From positions 186,001 to 250,000 of the forward strand of contig VRMN01000001.1 in the NCBI GenBank assembly GCA_008690995.1: a DNA stretch of 64,000 bases. The letters are read 5' to 3'. The notes under the pieces are model-generated. The model was not told the DNA's origin, searched no databases, and was given only the letters and a program-made list of their open reading frames with translations. The DNA is from Porphyridium purpureum (taxonomy: Eukaryota). The position numbers were made by a program, and so were the translations under genes. This document shows, one piece after another, positions 9,928 through 22,942 of this stretch (position 1 is its first letter; each line of letters opens with the position of its first letter).

Positions 9928-10699
9928 ATAAAGAGAGAAGGGCAAGAGACAAGCCCAGTTAAAAGCATTCACAAAACCCCTGCACTAAGGAGCAGGGTAT
10001 TGGAGTGGCGACGCTCTCTTCACAGATTAAGGGGATTAGAGTAGATCAAGTCCTTCCTGATACTTCAACATATTTTAATCCTTACGCCCGCACAACTGGT
10101 CACGCTGAAAATATTTCAGCCTGAAAATGGCGTTCAAGAACGTTTTGGACGAGGCCTTAAGATTCACGTGGCCTCGCACAAAGTGCAAATACCGCAGCCT
10201 CCTGTTGAAAAGTACCAGCGTCCCCTGAATGCAGCAACAGCCACATTCCGGCAGCAAATTTGCCTCAAAATGCAAGCGGGAAAGCTGAAGGACTTTATAC
10301 GGAACGAGATGACTTAAAGGCCGCCAAAGAACTCATCAAAATGTACATGCATGCGGCCAGAAGTACGGAGGAGGGATTAATATGTCACAGAAACCAGTGT
10401 TTCGAGGTTTCGCACCCCAGGATGATTGCAATAGCGCAGGGGAAAATGTCGACGAGCCGGAAGTAGATTCACCACGATGGACTAGTCTTCGGCTTCACAG
10501 GAGGTTACCTTTGACGGCTTTGTAATGATATTTCACGCGAAGGATAAGGTCCTTTATTTTCCCAATGCTTAATTTCTGCGTTTCAACTTTTTCCCCAAGC
10601 ACGACCCTCGAAAAGTGGGGCCAACTATTCATGCGAACGGTGCAATCTACACTAGAAACCTGCCTGCGGCGATAGACAATTCTAGACGCAGCAGAAAGT

Positions 10700-13600
10700 G
10701 ACTGTCTCGCGTCATGGAAAAACACGTCGGGCGGTGCTACATGCAGGCGTACAGTTCGGGGTTAGACAACAAAGGACCTCATATGGCTTCTAGAAGACTA
10801 TCGCGATGATTGCGACGCCCTTGAAGCCAGCGCTCAACTTCGCACGCACATAGTGCACGTCCTGGTCAAGGGCGCGCCATGTCCATTTTATCTACACCAT
10901 ATCAACGGTTTGACTCGTAGTTTTGACAAGGCTAAGCAGATGATGCGCGCGCACATCTTCACACAGGACCGTGAGGACCGCGTTCTTGAGCTGAGGAATC
11001 TACTATCTTTTCGTGGCATGCAGCCGGATACATACACAACCACAGTAGAAGCATTCAAGAGATTGGTGGAACGCGCCCAGCTCTTGCAGAAGTACCTGCC
11101 GAGGAATTATGGTAGCGATACCATTCTGTGTGACCGTATTCGTACAAACGTGAAAGAAGCATCCTGATCTCGCTTTCTCTCCATTAAACCCGCCAAGAAT
11201 TCGTATGAACTGGAGGAGCGAATCAATGTGGCGAGAGCCAGCGGGACAGATGAAGATAAAGGAAGCACGTCGCCTACGTACTAAAATCGCAAGTACGAAG
11301 GCCGGCGAGGCCCGGTGAAGAAGACCCCTGTAAAGAATGGAAAGCGTGTGCTTTGCCATGCGTGTGGGTCTGAATGGCATTTGATGAATGCGTGTAAGAA
11401 TGCAAAGCCGTAAAGGTGGGCTCTGCTGATCAATACAGTGAACTCGGGTCTCCGTGACGAACACGTACCGGAAGAAGGATGCAAGACAGAGACGGCGACA
11501 ATGGAGCCGGCGGGAACACCACCCTCCAAGCACAGTGTAAAGAAGTATGCTTCGTCGACGGGTTGCGGTACCAGTCATGAAATGAGAGTGAACAAAAATA
11601 CGATGATGACTCCAGAGATTGAAACGCGCGGGGTTGCGATGATGTCAAGGTGTTTTATGCATCTCGTGACGCGCACTGCATGGGAAAGATTGCTCGAAAT
11701 CAAAATTTATTTCTGGGTTGCTGTGAGGGCAGTAGAGCACCAAGGTCCGTGGCTGGGCGCAAGCCATTTGAGGCGTATGCGTTCGTCACAAGACACAGTC
11801 GCGCAAAAGTTAGAGCGAGCAAGATGATTTTCAAGTTCAGAGACAAAGTCTTTTCTGGAAAAGGAATGCATCGCGTACGTGTTCCAATGGCAGACGCCAT
11901 GGTGGCGCATGATGTCCATGTAGTTGACGTCGACTTACTTATGCTGCTACGCCAGGACTTCTTCCGCAAACACAATATCAAGGTGGATCACGGCAAGAAT
12001 CTAGTGCAGACCGGTGAAGGAACGTACCGAGTGCAACTCTCGGAAAACGAAGGACATCTTCACTTCCCTGTCCAGGACGTGCTATTTACGCGGAACGAAG
12101 CAAGTCACGTCCAGAATTATTTAAGCTATGTCAGTAGCGAAAAATCGTGAAACTTGCGTGCAATGCGCAGCCAGAGAACGGAGAAGCAGGATTCGCACAA
12201 CTGAGGAAGCTTGTAGATGAAATCAGTTCGAAATACGACGTGAACCAGCTCAGCGATAAGGCACCACTTCGCTCCGCACTTGCGGAAGCCTGGCCTGATG
12301 AAATTTGGTTCAATCTTGAACTACTTTTGGGCGGGTCCCATACAGAAAATACCGAATAGGCACGGAAGCAACCAGCACTACACGTGGTGGGCATTGAGAC
12401 AAAGTTAGTACTGCTGGCTTTTTGGAAACTGAAACAGCAAGTGAATTAATAGATGCATTTGCCAAAGAATAGGTCTGCCATCACGAGCTTCTAATTAAGG
12501 TGCGTATTGAACAGGGGATTGAATTGATGTCGATGTAGTGCTCGAACGCCACGATGTCGACGGATTTTGAATCAATGCAGATCGGCAGAGTGCCACTGGG
12601 CACTAGATGCGGGCGACAGGAACCATACTCTCCTTAAGCGTAATCACGAGACGCTGATGAAGGACTTTGCAATGGAAAAGTGACGTAGTGTCGTCAATGG
12701 CAGCCTAGGCAATAAATGACCTGATGGATCTGGACGGATTCGTGCCAAATTACCGGGCTTTTGGATTTATACCGCGGCTACTCGTCGGGGATGATATCAT
12801 GTCCTCTTGTTCTGTCTCACCCGTCCTCCCTCTCCCCTTTTCATTCCAGCCTAACGTGTCTCCTTTTCTCTTCGCGGCCGCCGTTCACGACGGACTTCAA
12901 CAGTAGAAGAGCGGGCACTATCCAAACACTTCCTGCGGAATGAATTGATGACGAAAGATGATCGAGTGCGCTTGTATGAATACGATGAGCGCAAGTGAAA
13001 GGGCCCATTGTTTTGAATGATGTGGATTGCAAAAGATACTTTACTTGACATTCAGTCAAAAATGTGCGACGGCTACTTTCGCCAGCAATGGTGAGGCCTA
13101 AGTGTAAAAAACCGGCGTGTCTTATGCTCAAGCATGACTCTGGCTGCCCAACCGTGGAATCAGACACAGCAGATGCTAACAGGGCAGCAAAGCGAGTGGA
13201 GATAGCAGGGCTGCATGACTTGAAGAGTATTTTTCAAGAGTTGTCTGGCGAAGACTTGCTGCATAGAGAGAACATCATGGAAACAAAGAGAGCGCTCACA
13301 GAGACGGTAAAGGATGGTGGCAGTTTGCTGCAAAATGCGCGCTCCAAGGTGCTGAGTAATTTGGATCAAGAGGAAAAAGCAATGGGTCGGGACAAGCCAC
13401 TTGTGCATACCATCTCGATTCGGATGGCCCTCGCTGTCACGGAGATGAGATGCTGGAAAATGCGGACCCGGACTGGAAAGGAATTGTGCTGCTGACTCGA
13501 AAAGCAGTTTGCAGAAATTAAGTTTCTGCGTCTGCCCAAAGAAGACCACCGACACAGAAATATAATCCTACAATTGCCGTCTCCTCTATATGGCCTGTCC

Positions 13601-13850
13601 GATAGAGGAATCATTTGCGTTGCGACATCTTCGGACGCAACCCAGCAAGATGCTGTAGCAAGCCAGTTGTTTGGATCTACATCTTTTGGGTGCAGACCAC
13701 GCACCAATGGCATTGCAGATTGATGACATACTTTGCGTCGGCGACGCAGCTTTCGCGCAGCGCGTGGAGAAGCCTATCGTGCGATCTAAAAGAAATGCCA
13801 AGAATACCATCCTGTTTGTTTTGGTGGAATGACAATTGACTCTGGTCTAC
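10700..13850 (+). mobile_element. Decayed Ty1/copia (GalEa-like) remnant: gag, protease, integrase, partial RT
   Basis: Knuckle CHACGSEWHLMNAC (11354-11395). Protease-like APRSVAG..FKFRD..VHVVDVDLLMLL. Integrase-like PALHVV. RT-like SIRMALA and PLYGLSDRG (from 13583). Many stops and frameshifts. Confidence 0.75.
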
Positions 13851-14278
13851 GCGGCTTGCTTTGTATGCATCAGCGTTCGTACAAAGTGTGATTGCTGGAA
13901 CCGGACAATTCCGAGCTGACGCCAAGCTTGAGACCCAGACTATTTTGGGGCTTAAGCTTTTTGCCCCTTCTTTCCCCATGACACGAGGCGCATCTTTAGC
14001 GAATGGCCTCCCTCTTCATCCTGTTTGCCGTGGAATAGGATGTACGAGCCGACGATGTTTGCCTTACTAAAAATTTTATTGCGCTGTACCTCTTTGTGTC
14101 GCTTGTCCTACCATTGCGCCAGTTCCTTCAGCAGGGCTTAGTTGAACGGTGCCAGACATATTTCACTATTAATGGCAGAGCGATAAGAAAATGGCTTACC
14201 ACCGAACAACATTTTGATAGTCTGCAGCTCGTTCAACGTTATGGCTGAAAGGATATCAATCAGGCGTCATGAGGCCAT

Positions 14279-16743
14279 TTAGCGTCGCTCGAAGTGGACC
14301 ACATGCGCGGTGGATTGTTCATCACTTGCGCCCTCCGAGGCGGAAGGATCGTCGAGAGTCACGCTCTTAGTTCCGCACGGCAAATGACAGCAAAGAGCAT
14401 AATCGTAATCGGCGTCCAAGTTGGTTACAAGCGCGCTATCGTCGTCGTCTTGATCTTGTGTCTCGTCAGAGCGTGACGCCAGGTTGAACGCGTTTTCGCT
14501 CTCGTCAGAGTTGGAACCCAACGAATCATGTTCGCGCGAAAACTCTTCCGCAAAGTCTGATATATCTGGTGATAGCTGAGGAGAAGCTCCCGTGATATGT
14601 TCGAGCGCAATGAAGCGACCACCTCCGCGAGTTTGTGAGATAACCACAGGGACCCCGGCGCCTGTACTGTTCATGACGGTGCCGTCTTACCATGTTCCGA
14701 GACGCTCTTTGAAATATTTCAAGTCATACATCACTCTTTAATCGGTGGACATGCATGTTCGCCTCACAATAGTCGCATGGCAGAGACTTTGCCGCATGCA
14801 ACGTGCGTCGCGCTTTGGGTTTCTCTTCGCGGTGCGTGGGATCGGCGTCAAGAAGGGCAAAGAAGCTACGTGGACCGAGATGAGTTGCATAACCTCGGTC
14901 AATTTCGAAGCTGGTCGCTGTTTGGAAACCTCGTGCGATGTTGCTCATGAATGCAGCTTGAGCAACAAGTTAGCTTTTGGGGGCATTGGTGAGAGCCTCC
15001 GCTTGTCTCATATAATCATTTCCTCAACTCGTGGTGCTTGTGCTAAAATGCACTGGGTTTTGCGTGTCGGCGTGCTGCCATCGGAGCCAACCGAAGATCT
15101 TGGTGATTGCACAAGGTGCGGAAGCTGGATGACTCAAATTCACGATCGCATGTCACTATGCCTGGGGCACCGTGCGCGTAACCCTGCGCTGAAGGGAAAT
15201 TTTCGGTCACTGGCGTTTCGCGAAGTGAGGCCAGCACAGCTGCATCTCACTACACAGTTGCCCTGTCAACAGTATGCAGGACGAGTATTTCAGATTCTCA
15301 TTATGCACAAGGTGCAGAATGTCCAAAGCCATGCGCTCACCAAAAGCAGCTACGGCATGTGCGAAGGTGGGCCGCCGGTTTGGGCTTGGTAGCAGTGTGC
15401 GGAACCATCCAGGACTATTCTTAAACTGCTCTGTCAAATATTGACGCGCTGCATCGTCCAAGGGCGCGTCTGCTCGGTTCCCCTGACGAGCAGCTTCTAA
15501 ATATGGACGAGAGAGTGATGTGTGCGGCTCTCGAGCTGCGGAAAGAATCTGACCAGATCCAGGTCTGCGTGTATCGCTTCAGTTATTCACGTGATCATGA
15601 CATATTGCAACCCGACGCGCTCTGTCCTTGGTAGCTGCTTGCCATTGGTAAAAGGTGTGACATTATTCCACACAGGGACATCGCGTCGTAGAATAGCGGG
15701 AGAGCTGCTTTCGATAACAAGAAAACATGCTTCTGTTGAGCTGCTAATAGGCAGTCGTGTTGCTCCACAATCTTTGCTTGAAGGTCGGCGTTCAGGTCGT
15801 ATTCGAATTCGTGGAACTGAGGGTCATTAGTCATGACTCTTATCACGACAAGGCTCGTTTGACGGGTCTCTTGTGCGCCACAGGTGCTATTCTGAGCGCC
15901 GCTGTCAGAAAGCACCGACTGTGTGTTGCAACGTGGCGCTGGATCCTGGTTGTCATCGTCTACATGCTCGACCCTCGACGTGATGGTGGACAGTGAACAA
16001 GTATGGGCCGTCGTCGTGGCAGAAGCGGCATGTTTGATATCCGTGGCTTCGAAAAAGGCCGAATTATTTGCTGCTGCTCGAGGTGCATCCGGCTTTTATG
16101 TTCTCATGGTTTTGCCACGAAAAAGGATCATTTCAGACAGCGAACCGGTGCGTCCAGGAACGAGTCGTCGGGAATGGGAACTTCACGCCGTCCTGCGCGG
16201 ACCCATCCTGGGTCGAGGATGCATTCGCGCTGGCTGTCCCCTATCCGACATCATATCGCGCCAGCAAATCAAAGCTTCGTTTGCTGACCTGCACGTACAC
16301 ATGCCATCAGCTCCTTGCGTGGATAAGAAGAGCAAGTGATTGCACTGACAAGTGCTCCATACACGAGGCGCAAGCCGAAGATTTCGTGAAGAAAGAGAAT
16401 TGAGAGTCCTTCTTCAATCAAGTTGGAGCGGGCGCGATCGAAAAGCGAGACTTACGTAAACAGCTTCTCGAACCATTTGCGCTCCACCCGGAAGAGGTCC
16501 TTCGGCATGGTCATACCACGCTCGGCTTTCGCATGCGTGTCTAGTGGGTCAAATATGTCGAGCCAATTTCGTAGGCCGGAGAGTAGCGACTTCTGTACTG
16601 AATCAGAGTCACGTATGAGATCTGCGTTGCCCATCAGGCGAGCGCAAGTACGTGCGATGCCAGTGATGATCAGGTTGAGGTGGAAAGCTTGCACGTTTCG
16701 CGCCAGTGCGGATCGACGACGACCCTCGTTTGTTGAACGCATG
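14279..16743 (-). pseudogene. Fragmented coding-like sequence of unknown family between the copia remnants
   Basis: Five collinear minus-strand ORF pieces with protein-like composition (16452-16748, 15595-15915, 15207-15461, 14724-14948, 14279-14674), separated by stops or frameshifts. No recognisable motif. Confidence 0.35.
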
Positions 16744-17419
16744 GCCATCGAGCAGAGCTCGTTCCACTGGGCGATCTATCGACGCCATGCCGCCTTGCTG
16801 CCATGCTGACCCGGCCAGACGTGCGCGGAGAGGAAAGCGGGTCGCCGTTCGCAATCATTGAGTTCTAGATTGCCGGGTACCCAACTTCAAATGACTGCAT
16901 GACGCAGAATGCATGATCTCGTTCCTTGCAAACTAAATTTTCTTTTCTTCTACAGTAACTCCCTTCAGGGGGAGGACATGTAAACGGACGAAAAGGAGAA
17001 TGCTCTTCCACGAGGCACACTTTTCTAGGCGAGTGGAGTCGCGTGGTGAAGTGAAGGAGTCGCACAAGACTGGCTTATGGTGTAATCAGCGAGCCGTAAT
17101 TCAGAGTCGGCGCACCTAGATTAAGAGTGCTTTCAGATCATGCTACTCTTCGTTCACCAATTCCATAAACTACGAAACACTTGACTATTTTTTTCCGACA
17201 ACTCTTTAATGACGAAATTGCCAGCACTCGCGACGGGCATGCACAACTCTTTCGCGGTACTCACAATCACTCAACTTTTCTTCTTTCTTTTCTTTAACAC
17301 TCAATTGTTCTTCTTTCCTTGAAGGTCCCCGCATCAGCCGTCCAGCAGCGAGTCAGGCTGCCTTTCTATATGCCACGTGCAGGAGCCTGGCGCCAATTGC
17401 TTTGCCAGCTTTGTCTTCT

Positions 17420-18230
17420 AGCATTCAAAGATTTTCGTTTTCTTGACTGGCGTGTGTTGGCATTGTCATTGTGTACGAACACAAGGTAAATGTAGGGGTG
17501 TGGGGCAGACGAACGGATGTGATAACATGCGAACAAGAGATGCGCAAGATGCGTGGCAGGTGCACGGAGGCAAAAACACCACTTGGGACAACACAACGAG
17601 CATGCTGGCATATGCCAGGTCAATAAGATGAGATTCTGTAACAACGCGATTGGAGGGGACGCAATATGTTTTGAAGCAGAGGAGAGAACAAGTAGGTTTT
17701 TCAAACACAAGTTCCTGACAACAGTTCCGTCCACTTTCAATGGGCGTCAAATTTATGCAGACCACCGGCCTTCCGCCAAGTCGCAAGCCAGGAAGCGATG
17801 TGGATGTGGGCACCACACAAGAATGCGACAATGCTTCTAATTCACTTCGAAGCGCAGGAGGCAAGATCGCTTACATTGCATCGCAAACAAGACCGAATCT
17901 GTTCTGCTAAAGTGCAAAGCTGTCACAACTTATTGTGGATAAGCTCAAAAATTCGAACGCAAACATGCTAAACGAAGCTATGACAAACTTGAAGGTTGAT
18001 AAGAGATTGGGAATTCTTCGATATGATTCTGTTAACCAAAAGTCACTCCGCCTGCGAGTATTTGCAGACGCTGCATGCGCATGTAACGATGATGCGGCGT
18101 TCTAGCTAAGATTGGCCATCTTCTTGGGAGACGAAACGGAGAAGTTCCACTTCCTTGTGGCACACTTTGCAAGGCACGGCAAAAGATCCATTCCGTGGTC
18201 GGAGCAAAATTGTTCTTGCTCTCTTTAGTC
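17420..18230 (+). mobile_element. Decayed copia RT C-terminus and RNase H fragment (GalEa-like)
   Basis: IAYIASQTRPNL from 17866. LRLRVFADAACACNDDAAF*LRLAIFLGD near 18046-18132 resembles the F.DASFANN.D.SSQ.G..I.L.D RNase H start. Confidence 0.7.
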
Positions 18231-20260
18231 CTCTGTGATTACGAATGGGATTTGATTTGCTTCACTTACAAAGCGGATAGGAAGCAACCCTTTCATCTGT
18301 GTTGCTTGTGAAAAGATGGACGAGCAAGACATCATTGAAATTTCATTTCTGCGGAGTCCTTATCAATCTCTTACACTTTATTGCATATTTATCTGGTTCT
18401 CACTTGCTCGTCATGTGCACAGATAGAGCATGCCGCGCTCTGAGCATCATTGTTTGCCTCGCTCAAAGAAAGAGAAGGTAACAAAGTTGAAGAAAGTCTT
18501 TTGTATTTCTGAATAACCGATTTCAACATCTACCGACTAAACTGTGTATCCTTCGAGACAGAATCGAGAAACTATCGTTATTTTCCCTGTAAGCAGTCCG
18601 TCGGGCCGTAGATGAGCTACTTCTGCTAAGCTTTTGACTTTGCGAAAGCAGTACAACTCAGCCTGCTGCAATTAGAAGTACCACTCTAGATCTCTTTGTG
18701 CACGGACTCGAAACAAGCCTACGATGCGACTGCTCTGAGCACAGTGATTCAAGAGAAAATGTAGAAGGAATGCATGCTGTTGCTCAGAGAATAGTTGCCC
18801 GACCTCATGATTCAGGAATTGAACTTGCTTCCAGATTCCAAATACAGCAGATGCCCTTTACGAAGATGAAACATCGTGTGTTGTACAATAGAGTGCTTAG
18901 AACGGCATTGCTTGGGGACTTTTCTTTGTCAAAATCCTTTCTTCATTGGGACTGAAGAAGCGTTACTCAGCGGAAGAGGGAAGAGAAACAGGCGAAGTTC
19001 AAAATGTGCGACAGTGTGTAATAATGCGTAAGCATTGTGCACTTTTGATGCAGCCAGGACATTTGCATGTTAGTGCAAGTCTTAGAGCAGTGAGACGAAT
19101 GCCAGAACTGTGGAAGCCCTTGTGTGCAATGCGTAAGTTTCAGTAGCTTCTTCACTTTCTTTACACTTGCACAGTAATTCCACGCCATTCTTGGCACTCT
19201 CACATTTCTACTGCCGCAGTCCGCAACCTGCATAAATAGGTCGCATGTCCGCGTGCGAATGCCGCACGCTCAGAGAAAAGGTAACCATGAGAGCAAAAAA
19301 GACATAAAGACTTTGGACAAACCCGGTCTCCAATACATACATGCGCGCAGTCAAAGAGTCGAGCTTTCATTCACCTGAGCTCATCATGGCCGGCTCGCGC
19401 TCCATACGAAGCGGATATCAGAAGCAAGATATCAAACAGTGGTGGGAATTCTTCCCAGCGCAATGTTTTGTGCTTTCTACGCATTGACTAGACACCAGAG
19501 GCGTGCCTGAAAAGAGGCGCTATTCTTTTAACATTCGCACGCACACGTAAACCCTTGCGAGCCGCGTGTCCAACGTGGTCACATGAAGTTTCTCACCTGC
19601 ACTGGCTTCCGCCTTCCGGCCGTGTCGGGTTAAAGAGCAGGTAGCTAGAGGCGAAGGGCTTCGCTCTTCGAAAGACCATGAAAAGGCAGACCAAATACTT
19701 TATGAGTCGAAAGTAAATACCTTGGGAACCCTGCTGGTGAGGAGAGAACGGACGCCATCTCATGCCTCCCTTAAGCTGGCGCTCTCGTCGGGAGGCTTGC
19801 CAGCCAGAGGTCTCGAGACGGATCATTTGCTCACACTAGAACCAGTTTCCCTTTGACAAGGGCACGTTAGACACAGAAGTTTGCGTGGCTGCAGACAGGC
19901 GCGGCACATAGAATACTAAAGTATCATGCACAAGCAATGGCCCGACCAGGAACCAATGTGGGTACCCACAGTGCGCGCAGCGAACGGAAAGCCGCCCTCT
20001 CACGAACCACCAGCTGGCAAATGGCGTGGCATTTCCTGATTTTGATTGATTGCAATTCGTGTTCGGGACAGCGATGGCGCGCAACGCTGAGCGGTTAAAA
20101 CTGAGCGACTCTGCTGAACTTTGAGCGGGAAAGGAGAGCGACGCGCCCGGTGTGTCTGTACGGGAACGTGAGACCAATTGGTGTTTCGACAAAGGTTGAG
20201 GGGTGTGAACGTGTCTATCTTGGTCAATACGTGGAGAGGAGCGGGGCAAAGCAGAGCGCC

Positions 20261-20956
20261 ATGGCGACTTTTGTGTGGGTGGCAGTGTTCATGCTGCTGC
20301 TCGTTGAAATCGGCGTGCTCGTGTTGTTCTCGTTCCAGCCGACTGCGCGCGTGCTCGTGCAGGCGCTCGAGAAGAACGGGCTTACGGGACGGATCAAAGG
20401 GGTACTCAGGTTTATAATTTTTGGGCTTGTCATTGGTTTGTGGGATAGTATCACCACCGTGCAGCGGATGAACTCCAAGGAGGCTGCCATGGGAATCGGC
20501 GCCAAATCTGGTACGGGGATGCTAGATGCGGCCAGCTTTGTGCACTACTCGCAAGACCGCCCGCGCAAGTTTCGGGCAGAGAGAAATGTGTACTTGTCTG
20601 CGTTTTGCCTTGCCTTGCTCTGGCTGATCCGTGTCCTCTTCTTTCTGACCAAAGTCATGATCGAAAAGGACGAACTTATAGCTCGACTTCAAAAGGCACC
20701 GCCGCAGGCGATTTCGCCGCACGGTCAGGTCGACGAATCTACGAGCGCCAACGAAACCGCGTCTAGATCACAAGACAACGTGTCTGATCCCCCGACGCAT
20801 GACCAAGCGATTGAGCCTGTCGATCCTGTCCACGAGGAAAGTGAAGAGCCAGTGCCCATTTCTCTCAATGAACATGAAAGGGTCAGGAGCGCGCATTCCG
20901 ACCGAGCTCGCAGTGACACAGCGGCCTTGCGCCATCGGAAGCCGATGCCGGCATAG
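20261..20956 (+). CDS. BAP31: BAP29/BAP31 (Yet1/Yet3)-family ER membrane protein, 231 aa
   Basis: Three N-terminal TM segments and KFRAERNVYLSAF, matching the family FR/YAQRN.Y..GF motif. Short coiled coil and low-complexity tail. Confidence 0.85.
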   Translation: MATFVWVAVFMLLLVEIGVLVLFSFQPTARVLVQALEKNGLTGRIKGVLRFIIFGLVIGLWDSITTVQRMNSKEAAMGIGAKSGTGMLDAASFVHYSQDRPRKFRAERNVYLSAFCLALLWLIRVLFFLTKVMIEKDELIARLQKAPPQAISPHGQVDESTSANETASRSQDNVSDPPTHDQAIEPVDPVHEESEEPVPISLNEHERVRSAHSDRARSDTAALRHRKPMPA

Positions 20957-21728
20957 TTTGACATTGATTTTTAGGAAATGAAGACATGCATTGCTTTGTG
21001 TCAGGAGCGAGGAGATGCAACGGACTTATGAAGTCCACATTAAGTGCTTGGCAGGAACGCTGCGGCTCTCCGGATGGAATGTATTTCTCACACCAAAGTC
21101 AAAATATCAAGTTTCTCGCAAAACCAATTCGTTCGCGGTGCCTCTGACTCGATAGTCACTGCGCTTCAGCGGGTCGCTGGACTAAAAGTGTTTGGTACCA
21201 GAGCCAGCGGCTAGCTTGCTGACTCTAAAGGCCTCAAAACCTCGCCCACAATGTTCCCAGTGCCGATGACATCCTGGTCTTCCATTGCGTAGTCGGTCCG
21301 GGACCCACACATTCTGAACTGAATACTATCCAAACTGGCCTTGACGACCCCGCAGACGCTCTAAATGCTGAACATACGTGCCTCAATGACTGGCACTAGC
21401 TACCCACAGCTTCAATGCTTCATGACGCAGCTCACACAAACTAAGATTAGGCGTTCACGTGTTCACGCTTCATGCGGCTCATGTTCATGCGCGTCTATAT
21501 CTCTTCCCGCTGGCTGAAGGAGGGGCGAGGAACACCGCAACGACGGAAAGACATAGCCTTGCTACCTTGGTGGTCCTGTCCACTCGCGCAGTAAGACCGG
21601 CCACTTTAATTGCCACGGCTTCCACACGGTCTACAGCTTTAACCTTTCGAAGCCACATTACGCGAAGGCCTGGACGAAGAAAGCGACGGAGGGACGGCAA
21701 AGGTTCATGCTTGTGGATTTGTGGAAGC

Positions 21729-22709
21729 ATGGAGCCTGTGATGACGCCAGGAGAGCTAGCGGCGTTATTGAAAACGGAGCGCAGGCCATGCGTGATTCAT
21801 TTCTACGCGGACGACGCCGCGGCGCTGTGTGAGCAGGTGGACGGCGTGCTGTCGACTCTGGCCAAGCGGTACGACGCGCCAGAAATGCTGCTGTTTCTGC
21901 GTGTGCGCGCGGGCAGTCAGACAAAGCATCTGTGCCGGAGCTTTGAGGTGCGCGCCGCGCCCACCGTGCTGCTGGTGGACGAGAACTTGAACGTGGTGGA
22001 GCGTGTGCAAGGGCCCGACGCGCCACGCATCACACAGTACGTGGAGCGCTTGGCCGAGGACGCTGCGGCTCGGCTAGAGAAGCGAATCAGCGCCATCATT
22101 GCGAGTCATCGCATCATGCTCTTCATGAAGGGCACCCACCCAGACGATGCCAAGTGCAAGTTCAGCCGCGAGATTGTGTCGATTTTACGAGAGCACGGCA
22201 TCGCCTTCGGCACGTACGACATTCTGTCGGACCGCAGCGTTCGTGAGGGTCTGAAGAAGCGCGCCCAGTGGCCTACGTATCCGCAGCTGTACTGTGCAGG
22301 TGAGCTGATCGGCGGCGTTGATATTGTGCGCGAGATGGCGCGCAACAACACGCTGCGCGAGGAGCTCGGCGGGTCGGACGTGCCTTCTGACGAACAAGCG
22401 CGCGACGCGCTGAATGCGCGGCTGGAAAAGCTGATCCGCCAGGAGCGCGTGATGCTTTTCATGAAGGGCGATCCTGAGACGCCGCAATGCGGCTTCTCTG
22501 CGAAGACCGTGGCGATTCTGCGCGCGCACCAGATCGCGTTCGGCTCGTTTGACATTCTGCGCGACGACGACGTGCGCCAGGGCCTCAAGGCGTACGCGAT
22601 GTGGCCCACGTATCCGCAGCTGTACGCGAACGGCGACCTGGTTGGCGGGCTCGACATTGTGCAGCAGCTCGCAGAGACCGGCGCCCTCGAGAAAGAACTG
22701 GCCGGTTAA
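21729..22709 (+). CDS. GLRX3: Multidomain monothiol glutaredoxin (Trx-like domain plus two Grx domains; PICOT/GRX3/GRXS17 type)
   Basis: Trx-like N-domain. Two repeats of MLFMKG..C(K/G)FS..DIL.D..VR.GLK...[14 protein letters not shown]. Confidence 0.95.
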   Translation: MEPVMTPGELAALLKTERRPCVIHFYADDAAALCEQVDGVLSTLAKRYDAPEMLLFLRVRAGSQTKHLCRSFEVRAAPTVLLVDENLNVVERVQGPDAPRITQYVERLAEDAAARLEKRISAIIASHRIMLFMKGTHPDDAKCKFSREIVSILREHGIAFGTYDILSDRSVREGLKKRAQWPTYPQLYCAGELIGGVDIVREMARNNTLREELGGSDVPSDEQARDALNARLEKLIRQERVMLFMKGDPETPQCGFSAKTVAILRAHQIAFGSFDILRDDDVRQGLKAYAMWPTYPQLYANGDLVGGLDIVQQLAETGALEKELAG

Positions 22710-22754
22710 CATGCGGCGCCCGTCGCTCGTCTCTAGGGTTCCTCCCTCATAAAC

Positions 22755-22836
22755 AACTGAACCTGCAGCTGAACCTCCGACGGAACTGAACCTCCAACTG
22801 AACCCAAAGCTGTACACCCGCTGATGGAGCTGAACC
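22755..22836 (+). repeat. Five copies of A(A/G)CTGAACC in the glutaredoxin-copine spacer
   Basis: Copies start at 22755, 22767, 22784, 22796 and 22828. Confidence 0.8.
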
Positions 22837-22942
22837 GCCGCGCCAGGCTGAGTTGGCGAGCAGCGGCAGAGCGGTTGGGGGATATCTTCTCCTGCGGTGT
22901 AGAGAGGGACTTGAGGCCCGTTGCGTGTTGAGCGGGACTGCG

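Noticed and set aside
16234..16248. 15-bp exact match to the Tc1 terminal motif at 1329-1343
   Set aside because: Isolated, with no partner repeat or TA site. A few 15-mer matches are expected by chance in 64 kb.
18698..18955. CDC..HAVA peptide suggestive of a SWIM finger (Mutator relic)
   Set aside because: The third Cys is missing, the spacing is off and no DDE domain is recognisable nearby.
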